Positions 51,196-63,852 of a stretch of 64,000 bases of DNA are shown one piece after another. The stretch's first letter is position 1. Every line of letters starts with the position of its first letter. The stretch is taken from the NCBI GenBank assembly GCA_030265395.1, contig JARFYF010000112.1, positions 62,684,983-62,748,982 of the forward strand. The letters run 5' to 3'. The position numbers were made by a program, and so were the translations under genes. Source of the DNA: Rhina ancylostomus. Lineage: Eukaryota. Below the pieces are notes generated by a model that made no database searches, was not told the origin of the DNA, and saw only the letters and a program-made list of their open reading frames with translations.

Positions 51196-54100
51196 TTGAT
51201 CTATATACTTTTTTTTTCATTTAGGTGGACTTGCAAAATGATGTACCAGTTCATGAAATTAGTGAATGCAATTAAGATTTTAGCATTGCATAAACATAAG
51301 CTAAAACCACAGCATAATGTTGAACAATTCAGAGTAAATGTACATGTGGAAAATTTAGTAGTAAATTAACATTAACCATCATTGCACTCTGTTACTTTGT
51401 CTAAATTAGTTTGGCTTTTAGTATTGCAGATTACCTCATCAGTAGCACCAGACTGTTGGACTGGAACATCAAAGTATGAAACATAACCACCTTTAGTTTT
51501 AAAATTCTGAGTCATGATGAAGTGAAAAATTGATTCTTTGGTCCAAGCACAGACTGTTTCTTCCAATATAGAGCTTATCTCTGAATGATAGAACCTTAGA
51601 AGGAAAAGTGTAGTCAGATATATAGTGAGTTTAAAAATAAGCTACATTGGCTATAAATCAAGTTGAGATAGTAGAATTAGGAATGATTAAAGTGAAGGGG
51701 GTAAACAATAAAATCAAGGGATTTTAATTTAATTTATTGGTATGTTTTGTTGAATAGTATTGATGCTTTTTTTTAAAAAAAGTACCTTTTGATATTTAGA
51801 TGGCTGTACTAGAACCAGAACTTGTTTTAACATGCGGGCTGTGAACTGAACCAGTGACAAGAATTTAAAATCTTCTTGCCGTGTATGGCAAAATGTCACA
51901 ATTCATAACAAAAATGATATCCTGCATTATTGTTTTCTTAAATTTAAGACGCAGATTGTGTGTATACCTTAGATTTCACAGATACTAATAAAAGTAATTT
52001 GATGCCAAAGCCACAATTGGAAACGTAAGTGCTAAAAGCTGTCTTTTTCCCCCAATCTGGAATTGATCTAAAATCGTTTAATCGCAGTGTGGATTGCTTG
52101 AGTATATTTTCAAAAAAGAATCATGAAAAGCTGTTTTAGAATTACAATACTGTTTCCATTTTATTTTTGGAGATCTCGTAGGAGGGGAAAATAGTACAAT
52201 TTCTGTTTTACAATTAAAAATTACATTTGCCAGTCTTAAGTGATAATGAATTTTTTTTTATCCTAAGGCTTAATTCAACGTAGCCAAGACTGATGAGCTA
52301 AAAGTTCCCTCCATTCTGCTGGCTATAATGATCCATCTGAAAATAAAGTTAGGAACTTTTAATATAGCCAGCAGCACAGTTGTCCCTAGTTCAGCTAATT
52401 ATCAATTGCATGCAGAAAGGCCACAGAGCTGCTGATGTGGGAAGTAGTTGAAGTATTGCATGAATGTGCAACTGATTGTTTCTCTAGGCATGGGTTTTGA
52501 GGCGTGGCTGAGGCAGAATAGAGGAAACTTATGTCTGTAACTTGTTGGAAGAGCTTGATGTCAGCATTGAATGCCAGAAGAGCAAAGAATTCCATCTCGC
52601 AGAACTATCATTCATCAACCCATTTCTTGGAAATAACATGGAAACTATTCCATTTTTTGAGGGAACTGGCATACATAAATGAATGAATATATCTGTCTGT
52701 TGAATGGTATCGTTCATTTAAAGCAGTTCTTATGGTAAAATACTTTGACAAATTAACTTGAATTTTTTTTTGAAAGGTAATAATTATATATTTAATCTAA
52801 TTTGCAATTAGCACTTGTTTTAGTAGCATGAGGAACATGCTTTCCAGTTTGAGATATATTTTATTCAATTTTTTTGCTCAGAAAATAATTGGGAATGGGA
52901 GGTGGGGGGGGGTGCATGTTACAGAAAAATAATACGGATATAACAAACACTCAATCTTCAGTTTACCGCCTGCACCCATTCAAAATTGTTTCCAGTGATT
53001 TTGGTGTACTAGAGAACCCCTTTGTAGAAATTAATTTAATGGAAATTTCCTTTGTAGTTATAATTATGGTTATTATGGTTAGTTATTATAATGTTTATGT
53101 GCACAAAAATTGTTCCTTATTCTGTGTGTCTAAAGTGGGAAACATTGGTAGTTGATTTTCAACTTGTTATTTTTACAGAAAACATAAATTAAATGAAAAC
53201 CTAAGTTTTATGTGTTTTTGTTTTAGATTTACAAGCTAGATCATATTGCCTTAGTGAGCATAATGATCATTAAATTTTAGAACTAATACTAAACAAGCTA
53301 TAAAATGTTGGGTCTTCCCTAAATATTCTCTTAAGTTAGTGTCACTGGTCTGGCCACTGAATATTAAATTTGATATTAACTGCAAGCAGTTTTCACCCGG
53401 TACCCAACAATAAATTTGTTACCTTGTCTGGGTAATTGAAAAACACCTAAACACCTTCACACCCAATGTGTTGAGAAGCTCTTTTATCTTGCTGTTAGTC
53501 TGTGAAAAGGGTAACAAAATATAAAGAAATATATATACCAGAAGGTAGGCTTTTGGAATCCAGACAACTGAAAGGACATTCTGATTTTATAAAAAGTAAT
53601 GTCATGAAGGCCTTCTCTGAAACGGAGATAGTAATGATGAAATATATTTTCTAACTGTCCTGTATGCATTGTGAAATCACCCTTTTATTGTGAAGGTGTG
53701 GCGTGTTCTTGTATTATTACATAACGATAAGCTGTATTAATCCACCCAAGTGATTAATTATACTTGTTGCTATGAGATTTGTTATGAAATAAAACAGCTT
53801 AAGGATTCATTTCTAGCCTCCCCTCACAGTATATGTTGAGAGAAATTGAAGAATGTATTCAAAAGGCATAGATATCAGAATTTTTCCTAAGGGAGTGCAA
53901 TACATGCTATCTTAAAAATTAATACACAGCAGTATGAGTCAACTCCCAGATCACTTGCATTCAGCAAAAAATTGTAGCACCAAGGAAAGACATTAGTAAC
54001 TATAGTTTCAGCTGGGTCACCTTGGTAAAATCTGACTTGCATGATCTTTGATAGCTCAGATACGGAGGTTATGGGCAATGGTTAATTCTCCTTTTATTTT

Positions 54101-54301
54101 AAGAGCATTATTTAATATATGTTAATGAAACAGACCAACAAAATGTTCTTGTTAAAGAATGCTTGTTTACCTCAATCTTTACATCAGTACTTGGTTTAAG
54201 GTATCAATAAAATGTGAATGCTATTGATGTATCACTTCAATCTTAATTTTTATGTTCACTGTTAATAATTTATCAACTAAATTTATGTGTTTGTTTCACA
54301 G

Positions 54302-54385
54302 TGGCCGGGCTCATTTATTCCTCCCCTTTTTCTATTATCGTTTCCTGACCTTAAGGTATGCATCTAGGAGAAATCCTTACTGCAG
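54302..54385 (+). CDS. TMEM33: TMEM33-like protein, internal coding exon (equivalent of exon 6; 84 bp, phase 2 to 2)
   Basis: Acceptor gtttgtttcacag|, donor CAG|gtaagc. Translates (G)GRAHLFLPFFYYRFLTLRYASRRNPYC(R), containing the family signature PFxYYRFLTLRYxSRRNPY. In frame with the previous exon. Confidence 0.97.
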
Positions 54386-55104
54386 GTAAGCAAAACATTT
54401 TTTTTCTATCCACCATTGCTGATGTGTTTGAACAGGGTGATCACTGTTACAGAGTGTACAAACTAATATCTAGATGGATGATCTTCAGAAATGCTATATT
54501 CACCCCTAAACATTACATAGCATTAGCTAAACTATTCGTGCTGTAGATCTTATAAATCAGGTTGCTGGACACATATTCATAAGGCTTGACGTTTTGAACA
54601 GACCAAAATAGTGTATTTTATATTCTGGTATCTGTTCAAAAAATTGTGAAATTGTATGAACATTTTTCAGTTTCTGTCAATGTTCAAACAACACATTTTT
54701 AATCATTTGGACATTTAAATGTAAAATAAGGCAGAAATTACACTTACTTAATTTTTTTTTCATATTTGTTCAACTGAATCAAAGTCACCTATTTTAAAGA
54801 ATTTCTAAATCATATCTTGAGAGGAAGCGGGATAAAAATATTCCTTTGTACGTCTATTTTAGGTCATCACTCCGATCCCACATTATAGGCTTTGCACCTA
54901 TCCCACATTGTAAGTCACCCACTTGGTTACAACATATTTTCCAAATTAATTTTCTTAAAAACAAGGTGGTTTGCAAGATTTAGCTTAAGCTTTTTAATTT
55001 TAAAATCTTTGTCATAAAAGCAGAATTTAAAATGTGTATACTTACGTTCACAGAAAGCCAATACAATTGTTTCAAACATAACAGAATTTAACATTAAAAT
55101 GCCT

Positions 55105-55380
55105 GTGGCGAGAATGTCTCCTCTTGTGGGAGAATCTAGAACTAGAGGTCACCCCTTTAAAACAAATGAGATGATTATTTTTCTCTGAGGATCTTTTGGA
55201 ACTCCCTTCCTCGAAGGGCATTGAAAGCAGATTGGGTGGGTGAAGCCAAGTGGGTGAAAGGGTACCAGGAGTAGATGTAATGTTGAGGGTACAGTTGGGT
55301 CAGTCGCCATCTCACTGGACAGCACTGTAGTGTGAGAGGCTGATTGGCAGCATCCTACTCCTAGTTCATTTGTTCGTATG
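55105..55380 (+). mobile_element. Decayed CR1 3' end
   Basis: cctcttgtgggagaatctagaactagaggtcac (PLVGESRTRGH) and 3' UTR catcctactcctagttcatttgttcgtatg. Confidence 0.8.
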
Positions 55381-55431
55381 ACTGTAAACTTAGTTTCAGT
55401 AATAAGAATGTAGTAGTGTTAAAAGAAATAA

Positions 55432-55823
55432 AAATGCTAGAAATACTCTGCTCATTAGGCCGCATCTGCGGAGAGACAAGACAGAGTTAACATTTCAGCT
55501 TGATAACATGTCATCGGAACTGGGAAAAGTCGGAAGTGAAACTAGCGGTAAGTTGTATGGAAAGAGGGAGGGCCAGAGAGAACAAAAGGGAAGGTCTGTG
55601 ATAGGATGGAGATTGAAAAAGTGAATGGTGGCCGTGCTAACTTGGAGGGTGGTGAAAGAAATCTAAACCGTAGTTGAAAACCTGTTTCATTTCTTTTCCT
55701 GGTCCTGATGAAAGCTCATTGACTTAAGCAGTTAACTTTTCCTCTTCGCAGGTGCTGCCAGACCTGCTGAGTATTTTCAGTTTTAATTTCAGGTTTCTGG
55801 GATCCACAATCTTTTGCTTTTGT
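55432..55823. mobile_element. Head-to-head inverted Penelope-like repeats (second subfamily) with two degenerate hammerhead motifs
   Basis: The - strand of 55483-55523 reads agtt-CCGATGA-catgttatcaagct-GAAAT-GTT-aact. The + strand 55701-55738 reads ggtc-CTGATGA-aagctcattgactt-AAGCA-GTT-aact. Both are followed by the cag(a/g)tgc..ctgctgagtattt tail. Confidence 0.7.
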
Positions 55824-57680
55824 ATAAGAATTAAATAAATTTGCTGCACCTTTTCATTTGTCATTTTCCAGACAGCACACATTTGGTTTGATGTCATTGA
55901 TTGAGCTTAGTCTCACTGAGAAGTACCTTCTCAATGGAAAATGTTGCCAACATGTCCAGCTGTTGGAATGATGGATTAAATTAGTACTAAAGCTGCTATT
56001 GATAATGTGACTGAAATAATCTTGTTTGGAAAAATGTTATCTATACGCTGTAAGGCCCAGATAACTTGAATCTTAGGAATATTGGATCTTAGTATTGAAA
56101 TGCAAGGTACTCCTCTAGATTACTTAATGCATGATGCCAATGCTGGAAAATTACAGAAGAATACAGTACATCTTCCACAAAATTATGATACATTATGAAG
56201 GAGAAATTTAATTTGGCAAATCTGAAGCTTTGGAGGAACAGTGGAAGTCAGTGGAACATTGACCAAAGTCATCTCATATTACCTAGAGAAATATAAAATC
56301 TGAGTTGACAGGAAAAGAGTTGAAGAGTAAAGGTAAGAGGATCACCAATCAGATGACAAGCTTATCGCTCTATTTTCATCTTGAAGTAGAAAAGATGTGT
56401 CAGAAGCATTTCCCCAGATATGTACCTTTGATGGAGAAAATTGAAAGTTATTGAGGAGAAAATAGAGAGCTCAATATACATGAGGAAACTAATCATCTTG
56501 GAAACAGTTCCAGCGAGTGAGGGATGTTGTAGAATGAGGCTGATATCCCCAAATGTAAGGGCTGTTTTGTTGGTTGAACTTGCAAAGGGCATGATGAAAT
56601 TGTCTCCAAGTATTACATTAAAATTTTCTTGACCCTATTATAGGGCATGGAAGGGATCATTGTTTAGTAATGCAAGCTGTGACCCATATTCTCTGAGGAA
56701 AGTTGACTAATTGGTTGAATCGATTTTCTTTTTAATTAAGGCTGGGTTGAGAATATAGTTGAGAGGAGACTATTGATGTGGGGAGGAACAATAAGAAAGA
56801 ATAGACCTAGAAGTTACTAGATGATGTGATTTGAAAGGAATCTACAATATCTCTGAAATTTGGTGCAAATTTTGTTGATTCCTTTAGAAATAGATTTTGA
56901 TAGTCGCTTTGTTTTAGCACAGAGATTCAACCAACTTGTACCTATCTGGATATTCAATAAAGTCTGAAGTGACAATAGAGAGCACTACAGTTGCATGGTG
57001 ATAAAGAATTACCATAACTATTCTGGTGAATTGCATGAAACAATTTGGGCAGTGACTGTGGGAACAGACTGAACTGCAACCGTAGAATTTGAGCTGAACA
57101 CGTCTCTGTGAACGCCACCCATTCATAGGAGCAAACCAAGAGAGCCATCTGTGAATTTCATGCAGACACAGTAAATAGTCAAGTTACATATGCAGTCTGA
57201 ATTCTTGAACTACCCTCGGCATCATATTTAAAAAACAATTAGCACCGAGGTACAATTAGTTAGTAGTGAATCATTGAATTTCTAAAGGCAGCAGATGGAT
57301 TATATGCATGACAGTGAAAAAGAGACAATATTTGAGATATATGTCATCTAATGCCCATTACAGGAGAGAATGGAAAGCAGCAACTGTTTAAATTTGTTGA
57401 AGGGTGAAGCATAAATGGTTAAACATGGGTTGTTGCAATGCTGGACCTGATTTTAAATAGATCATTGATGAAAAATGAATAGCAAATGTCAAACAAAGAA
57501 AGTCTTTAATACAGGGCTAAAGGAATAGACAAGTTGCAGAGTATGACCAATTTGTTATCAATAATGACAAAATGTTGCCGAATGAATATAGCCAGTCCCA
57601 TGGATCTGCATATCATATTTATTGCTTAAAAAAAAGTGATACAGTTAGTCACTTTGGAAAAAGAACTCAAATTATGATAG

Positions 57681-57737
57681 TAGAACATTACAGCACAGTA
57701 CAGGCCCTTTGGCCCATGACATTGTGCCAACTAATGT
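57681..57737 (-). mobile_element. Very short CR1 3' terminus
   Basis: tagaacattacagcacagtacaggccctttggcccatgacattgtgcc, matching the ends at 19078 and 30141. Confidence 0.75.
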
Positions 57738-58249
57738 GAAAACTCATTCTGAGAATAGTTTAAATGACAAATTTTACAAAATGCTGAGAATACAAAATAG
57801 CCAATTAACTGATAGGTGCTTCTGCCAGAAGGTTACGGTAAAGATTATTTAATATTGATTGCAGCCGAGATTTGGGTGTCCAAATTTATGTATTTTGGTT
57901 CGAGGATTATTTTACTGTGTCTGTAACAACAAACATAATGTGATTCAAATTAACTAATCACCTGATGGTATTATATTCAATAATAATCCTAAATGAAGAA
58001 CTGTTTGATGTCTTGACTGAAAGTAAGTTGCACATCAAAATTTGATACAACTATGCAGAATACAATCCATCAACTATCTATTGATTAAAAATTTCTCTCA
58101 TTTTCCCAATGTTGAGTGTTGTGGTCGTCACCATTTGCAGATTGATAATTTATTAACTTCTGTGTTTTCTTTGAAAGTGAGCAATACCGTAGAGATCAGT
58201 TGTTATTGTCTCCTTGCAACACCCCTTTTGCAGTAATGTGGAGAAATTT

Positions 58250-58730
58250 AGTCACAGAAATAGGCCCTTTGGCCCTCAATGTTTTTGCCAGCCATCAATT
58301 ACCTATCTCTACTAATCCCAGTTTGCAGCATTCAGCACGTTGTCTTTAATGCTATGATGTTTTAAGGGCTCATTAGAATATTTCTTAAATGTGGGGGGGC
58401 ATTACTTCCCCCACCAGCCACAAAGGCTGGTTTCAACCCAGATTTCAACCATCCTCTGGATTAAAAGAAAAATCTTCACACATCCCTTCTAAATCTCCTA
58501 CACCTCACTTTAACGTATGCCCGCTAGTTATAGACACCTCTTGGAAGGAGAAATACCATATCTATGTCCCTTGCTATCTTGTACACCTCAATCAGTTCCA
58601 TCTTCTTCACTCCAAGGAAAACAAAACCTAGCCTATCCAGTCTTTCCTTTCACTGAAATGGCCCATCCTAGGCAATGTCCTGATAAATCTCTTCTGCACT
58701 CTTTCCAGTGCAATCACATCCTGGTGGTTA
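58250..58730 (-). mobile_element. Decayed CR1 3' portion
   Basis: Collinear with 16800-17310 (cagaaataggcccttt.ggccc, ctaatccca, atgcccgctagttatagacacc, catcctaggcaatgtcctgataaatctc). Confidence 0.8.
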
Positions 58731-61700
58731 GGAAGTGTCAGAGGTTATGACCCAGGATGTTCCAGAAGCTCCTCGGAGCACTCCCAGGACAACAAAAACA
58801 TCTCAGCTCTGTGACGTATTAAGACACACTTTCCCTTCTCTTTCTCCTACCCATTCCTACTCTGTAGTGAGTTGCATCTGACGCTTTGTTGGTATCACGC
58901 TGTCATACCCAGCTAGGGCATCCTTTACTGTGCATTGAGTTTCTATGTCTTATTCTCCTACAGTTTCTCCCTTCCTTTAAAAGTTTTCTTTCACAAACTT
59001 AGCTACTTCCTTAAAAGTTTTATGGATTCCGATTCCACTTCCACCATTGTTTCAGGCAGGGCATTTTCTGGCTTGACAACTCTTTGATTTAAAAGTATTC
59101 TGTCAAACATTTGCTTTGTGTAGATTATGACCTTGCATTTTACAGACAGTGGAAACATATTTTCCTGTCAAAATGCTTAATGATTTTGAGATGTTGGATG
59201 GCATCTGCCAGCATAAAGAATGCATGCATTTTTAAATTAAACCACTTGCCTCATTCTTTGAAGCAGTGCCTCATGCAATTGTAACAATAGGATAAACAAT
59301 AACATCTTCACAGTAAAATAAATGTTCGAAGTTTTATATTGTTGACTTTTTTTAAAAAGTCAAAGCTATAATCATTTAGAACAATTTTAAATAAAATATT
59401 AAATGCCATTTTTGAAAAAAATACAAATTATTCCCTTTCTTCCCCACAGCCCTAAAATCTCCATTCAAATGCAGTGCTTGTGGATCCTGCTCCAGGTCTG
59501 ACTTGGCACAGGATCTGAGAGCTTGTGCTGGGAAATCTCAGCCAGCTCCTGCTACACTGCTGGGCTCCGTGGGGAATCCAGTGGCACAAAGTAGCCAAGA
59601 AATTGTGGCAGAGCTAGGCTAGTAAGTTCAAGATATTCTGTGTTTGTGCAGGTGTTAAAACTTCTGGGCACCCCTGCTGAGAAATGCAGAACTACCCCAA
59701 AACCCACCAAATTTCAGGCCATTATTTTGATTCAAAACCAATGCATAAAACCTCTGCTGGGCATTATTTAAAACAAATAGTACATTCTTTTAGCCAGAGT
59801 AAAGAAAAAATGTGTGTAAAACTGCAAAGATGTAGGAACTCAACTGTCACGACTAATGGAATTGAGCTTCTACAAATGGAACCAAAGTCAATGTTGTGTG
59901 TAATGTGTACTGATGCACCTTGTCAGCCAGTCAGAATTATACAATAGTCTAGGGTGCAATCAAATTTTCATTAAATGTCAAAAAAATTCTTTCTAACCCA
60001 ATTGCCCGAGCTGAAATTATCAAGGGCTTCAGCAGCTTCTACTCTCTCGTTACTTTGAATGTCTGCATCTACCGCTGCCCATCTGCCTATTGATTGGTAG
60101 GAAGCCCAGAATGGGAATTCCATCTCATTAATCATGTCACAGAACAGGGATTAAGACAAGTCTTTGGTTTAAGCTTCACAGCATCTGACCATTGCCCATC
60201 AGTGCGTTTGATAGCTGATGATATGCAAAGAATGCCTGAAGCCCCATGAGGTCATCTGCCAACAGAACTTCTGAACAGCCTTTCTTCACAACTTGGCAAG
60301 TGCGACTGGATAACATTGTTTTTAGCACTGAAGGCCAAAACAGGAGAATGCATTAAATAAAACACTAGCATTATCAATCTTCAAAAGTTTTCTGTTATTA
60401 ATCGTTCAGTTAGAAGTAAGCATTCTGGATCAACTCCTTTTGTACTGAACCAGACTAACGAATGTAATTACCATGATTCTCTACATCAGAATATATTTAG
60501 TTTTCTAAAAATCAAATGATTTAAGCTTGTTTTTACCACTGGAATGAAGCTCCTGCTGTTACTTGAGGACTAATAGATTTCCAAGCCTAACAGAAATCGG
60601 TGTAGCATTGTTATTCAGTAAAAGCTTTCAGTAACAATGCATTTTTATAATTAACAATACAATAAAGTGGAAAATGAATTTCATTAATTTATGGCAAAAT
60701 GTCAGCACTGTGGAGATGCAGCTTCTCAATGCCCTTTCCCTTCTTTTCAACTTGCCCAATTTCGGTTTAATTTATACCATTGCAATACCTGAAAGAATAC
60801 ACAGTGGAAAATGCAGGGAATGGAAACTATTCTAGGAAAAGCTGTAGAATGGAACATGTATTTAATTTTAGTTGGATGGAAATGATTGATGCCATGCAAG
60901 TTTTTACCAGTGAGATGCATTCATTGACTTATGCCTTATTTTTTACCTTTTGATATTAGTCTAATACTCATTTTGAAAACTCAATTTGTTTATGTGCATG
61001 GCCCAGAGAGTTTAAAAATTATAAGCATAAATGCACCTTCATCAAGCTACTTTGCTTGTATCTGCTGCTGTATTGATTGAAGCTGTCATGGAGCAATGAA
61101 TCCTTTGATTGCATTCCAAATCCAAGCACGGTTAATGTGTTTGCTGTCATTGGAAATTCTGAGTATTAATAAAGCAGCGAGTGGGGGTGTTGGTAATAAA
61201 ATAAATCCATTTACAGAAATACATGCATTGAACATCAGTTGCAAGTGTCTGTATAGGTTACAACAGTTCTGTTTTTCGTAACCACGAACCTCTTTTTTTA
61301 ATAACATGAATTGCTGACTTGTCTGATGAGTCAGAAAGGTTAATTTTGCATTTAAAATCTACATGATTTGGGCTTCCATGTTAACATCAGTGAAGAATTT
61401 AAAATTAATGTTCAAGTGTTTAGATGGAACACTCCCCTCATTACTTTGACCCCCACATGACCTCTCTGCAGTGCTGCTTTTTGTGTTAGAAACCAGAGGG
61501 TGTGGGAAGTAGTGAGCTGCCTACCACTGGTTTTTGGAACTGTGGTTAGTGGAGTGCCTTCTGTTTGAGGCACTGACCCTTGTTGCACACAGTCTCAACA
61601 CATCATAGCAACTGTTAATTTAGGTAATGCTATAATGCATGCAGTGTGAGAAGTATGTGGAGTGGCCAGCTGATGGCGTAAAGCCATAGGCAATACTAAA

Positions 61701-63852
61701 TTCACAGAAGCACTGCCAAATTGGGCTATGTCAATGAACTTGCTCTGTTAATAGCAGGAAAAGACCGCACCCTCATGCACTGTGTAAAGGGATCATCAGT
61801 TATTTATATCAAGGGAGTTGAATTGCAGTTGTGGAGCCTGTAGAGAGATTGAAATCTTGGATAGAGAAGAGATCATTTATTTCTGAAGCCTTTATACACT
61901 GTTTTGCCAACAGATATGGTCACATCTCTTTGCTACAGGATTTGGGCAATGACAACTGACAGGCAAGTGGCCTGTAAGTTGTGTTATCAGTAAGGGTCGT
62001 AGAAGCTTGGTTTGCCTAGAGCTGAGTTCATCATTTCAGGGAATAAATAGAAGGCTCCCTGAGCAGGGCTACCTGCTGAAAGGAGGAGAAGGAGAACCAT
62101 AAATTTCCAATCAAGAAGTATATACTCCAATCAGAGGCACATCTCAGAAAATGATGCGACTGTGAACTTGTGCCTTAGGAGGCAGTTTTTCTCCACGGTG
62201 CTGGTCATGGAGTTCTGCCACACCATGCAGATGCAGGTACAAAATAGGGCCCTGGCCATCCTACTCATGAAGTAAAGGGGACTTTGGCATTTAATTTCTT
62301 TGCCACAGATCTGAGGCCATAAAAGATGACATCACAATTTGCAGCCCACTACCCTACCATAAGGTCAGCAAGACTTGGTTTGTTAGCAGAGCAGTTTTCA
62401 TCAACATTTCCCTTGAAAAGAAAGGACAGAGCTTCCCTGTAAGGAGTTCCTGGGCTTTGCAGGAAGCCCAGAGGTATGGGTCAGACTCTCAAAGTGCACT
62501 GTTATAAATGTGCAAAGCTCTTGCAGCAAGGAAGAGCGATCCTTTGAGTTGTGAATTGCCTCAAGTTGCTTTGCAATTCTGCTGCTTCACTTGAATGAAA
62601 TGGCCTCTCGTCCTTAACCTTCCAGTGCTTTTCATGTTGCTGCACGTGCACTTTACTCATTAAACTTACCATAGGAAGTTAAAGCCAATAATTAATAGCT
62701 TAACAATCATCCTGATGAAGTGATCATTGCTAATAGCAGCCAATTTCAGAAAGCGAAAAATAAAAAGTGCATTGTTTTATTTGTTCAAGTTGTGAATGGA
62801 TTTAGATTTTTAAATGGTTAATTTTTTCTCACTTTTTCTCTTTGTTCTCTGCGAATACCTCTCTCAAAACCCAATCTTTCTCTGCCTCTCTTTTTCTGTA
62901 CTGCAGTTATATTGAATTCACCTCCTATAATTTATACAGCTTCAGTGCTTTGGTCCTTCCTCGATCTTTTAATCTGGTCAGTTCCCATCATTCACCAATG
63001 TTCCTGTTGCCCTTGCAACCCTGTTATCAGTTCACACATCCAGCCACATATGGGGTAAAAATCTTTTTGAGCCAAAGAGCACCGGAAAAATCTAATAAAC
63101 CTGGCCTGCTATCAGACAACTTGCCCTGGGTAATTCTGAAGCAGTATAAAAAAATCAATTTTTCAAGTTTTGATGGGTAAATACTAAATATGTACAGTTA
63201 CCTGCTAAGCATGTATATTGTGCAAAAATTCTCCAAATCGTTGGACAACAAGTTTTTGAAACATAAAATGAAGATGGAATTTCTTGGTCAATTTTTCCAT
63301 CAACCTGGATTTTGTGGTCCCATTAGCAGTTTTTTAAACTTGTTTTGAGCAAACTCAAATTATGAAATAAAGGTTCAGTCTATTGTAGCATGGAATGTCT
63401 TGGATACTGCGTTATAAGACTGTTGGACTCTGCCCATATGTGAGCAAAATGTGACCTTATGACCCTGTTTTATGATAAATAACTTTATAATGCAGGTTAT
63501 TATCATAAATGGAAATCTGTCACAGCATTTAAACACAAGGAAAACACCTGATCATTAATAGTTTAATTGGGATCATAAATTCTTCAACGAGTCTATAATG
63601 TATTTAGAGGATACTGTGAGGTGATTTATTAAATATTTTAATTTTCCTACATTAATTTGATCAATTCCACTGAAGTGAGCAGCCATTCTACATTAGCCAG
63701 ATGAACAGACTTGTAAGTAGACAGGACATCCACTCAATATAAAATGGATAGGCCTTTAATTTATTGCTTTGCTCTGCCTACATTGTCTTGCATGGCAGAT
63801 ATGTGTGTTATGCTTTGAAGTAACTAACTGGCCTTCTACTCTTTATTAACAG

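Noticed and set aside
61314-61342. CTGATGA-gtca-GAAA, an apparently intact hammerhead core
   Set aside because: Only 4 nt separate the core halves, so stem II cannot form, and no stem I/III or family tail is present.
979-63180. The remaining short ORFs in the six-frame track
   Set aside because: They are either LINE fragments or lack recognisable motifs and splice context. This is the expected background in intronic DNA.
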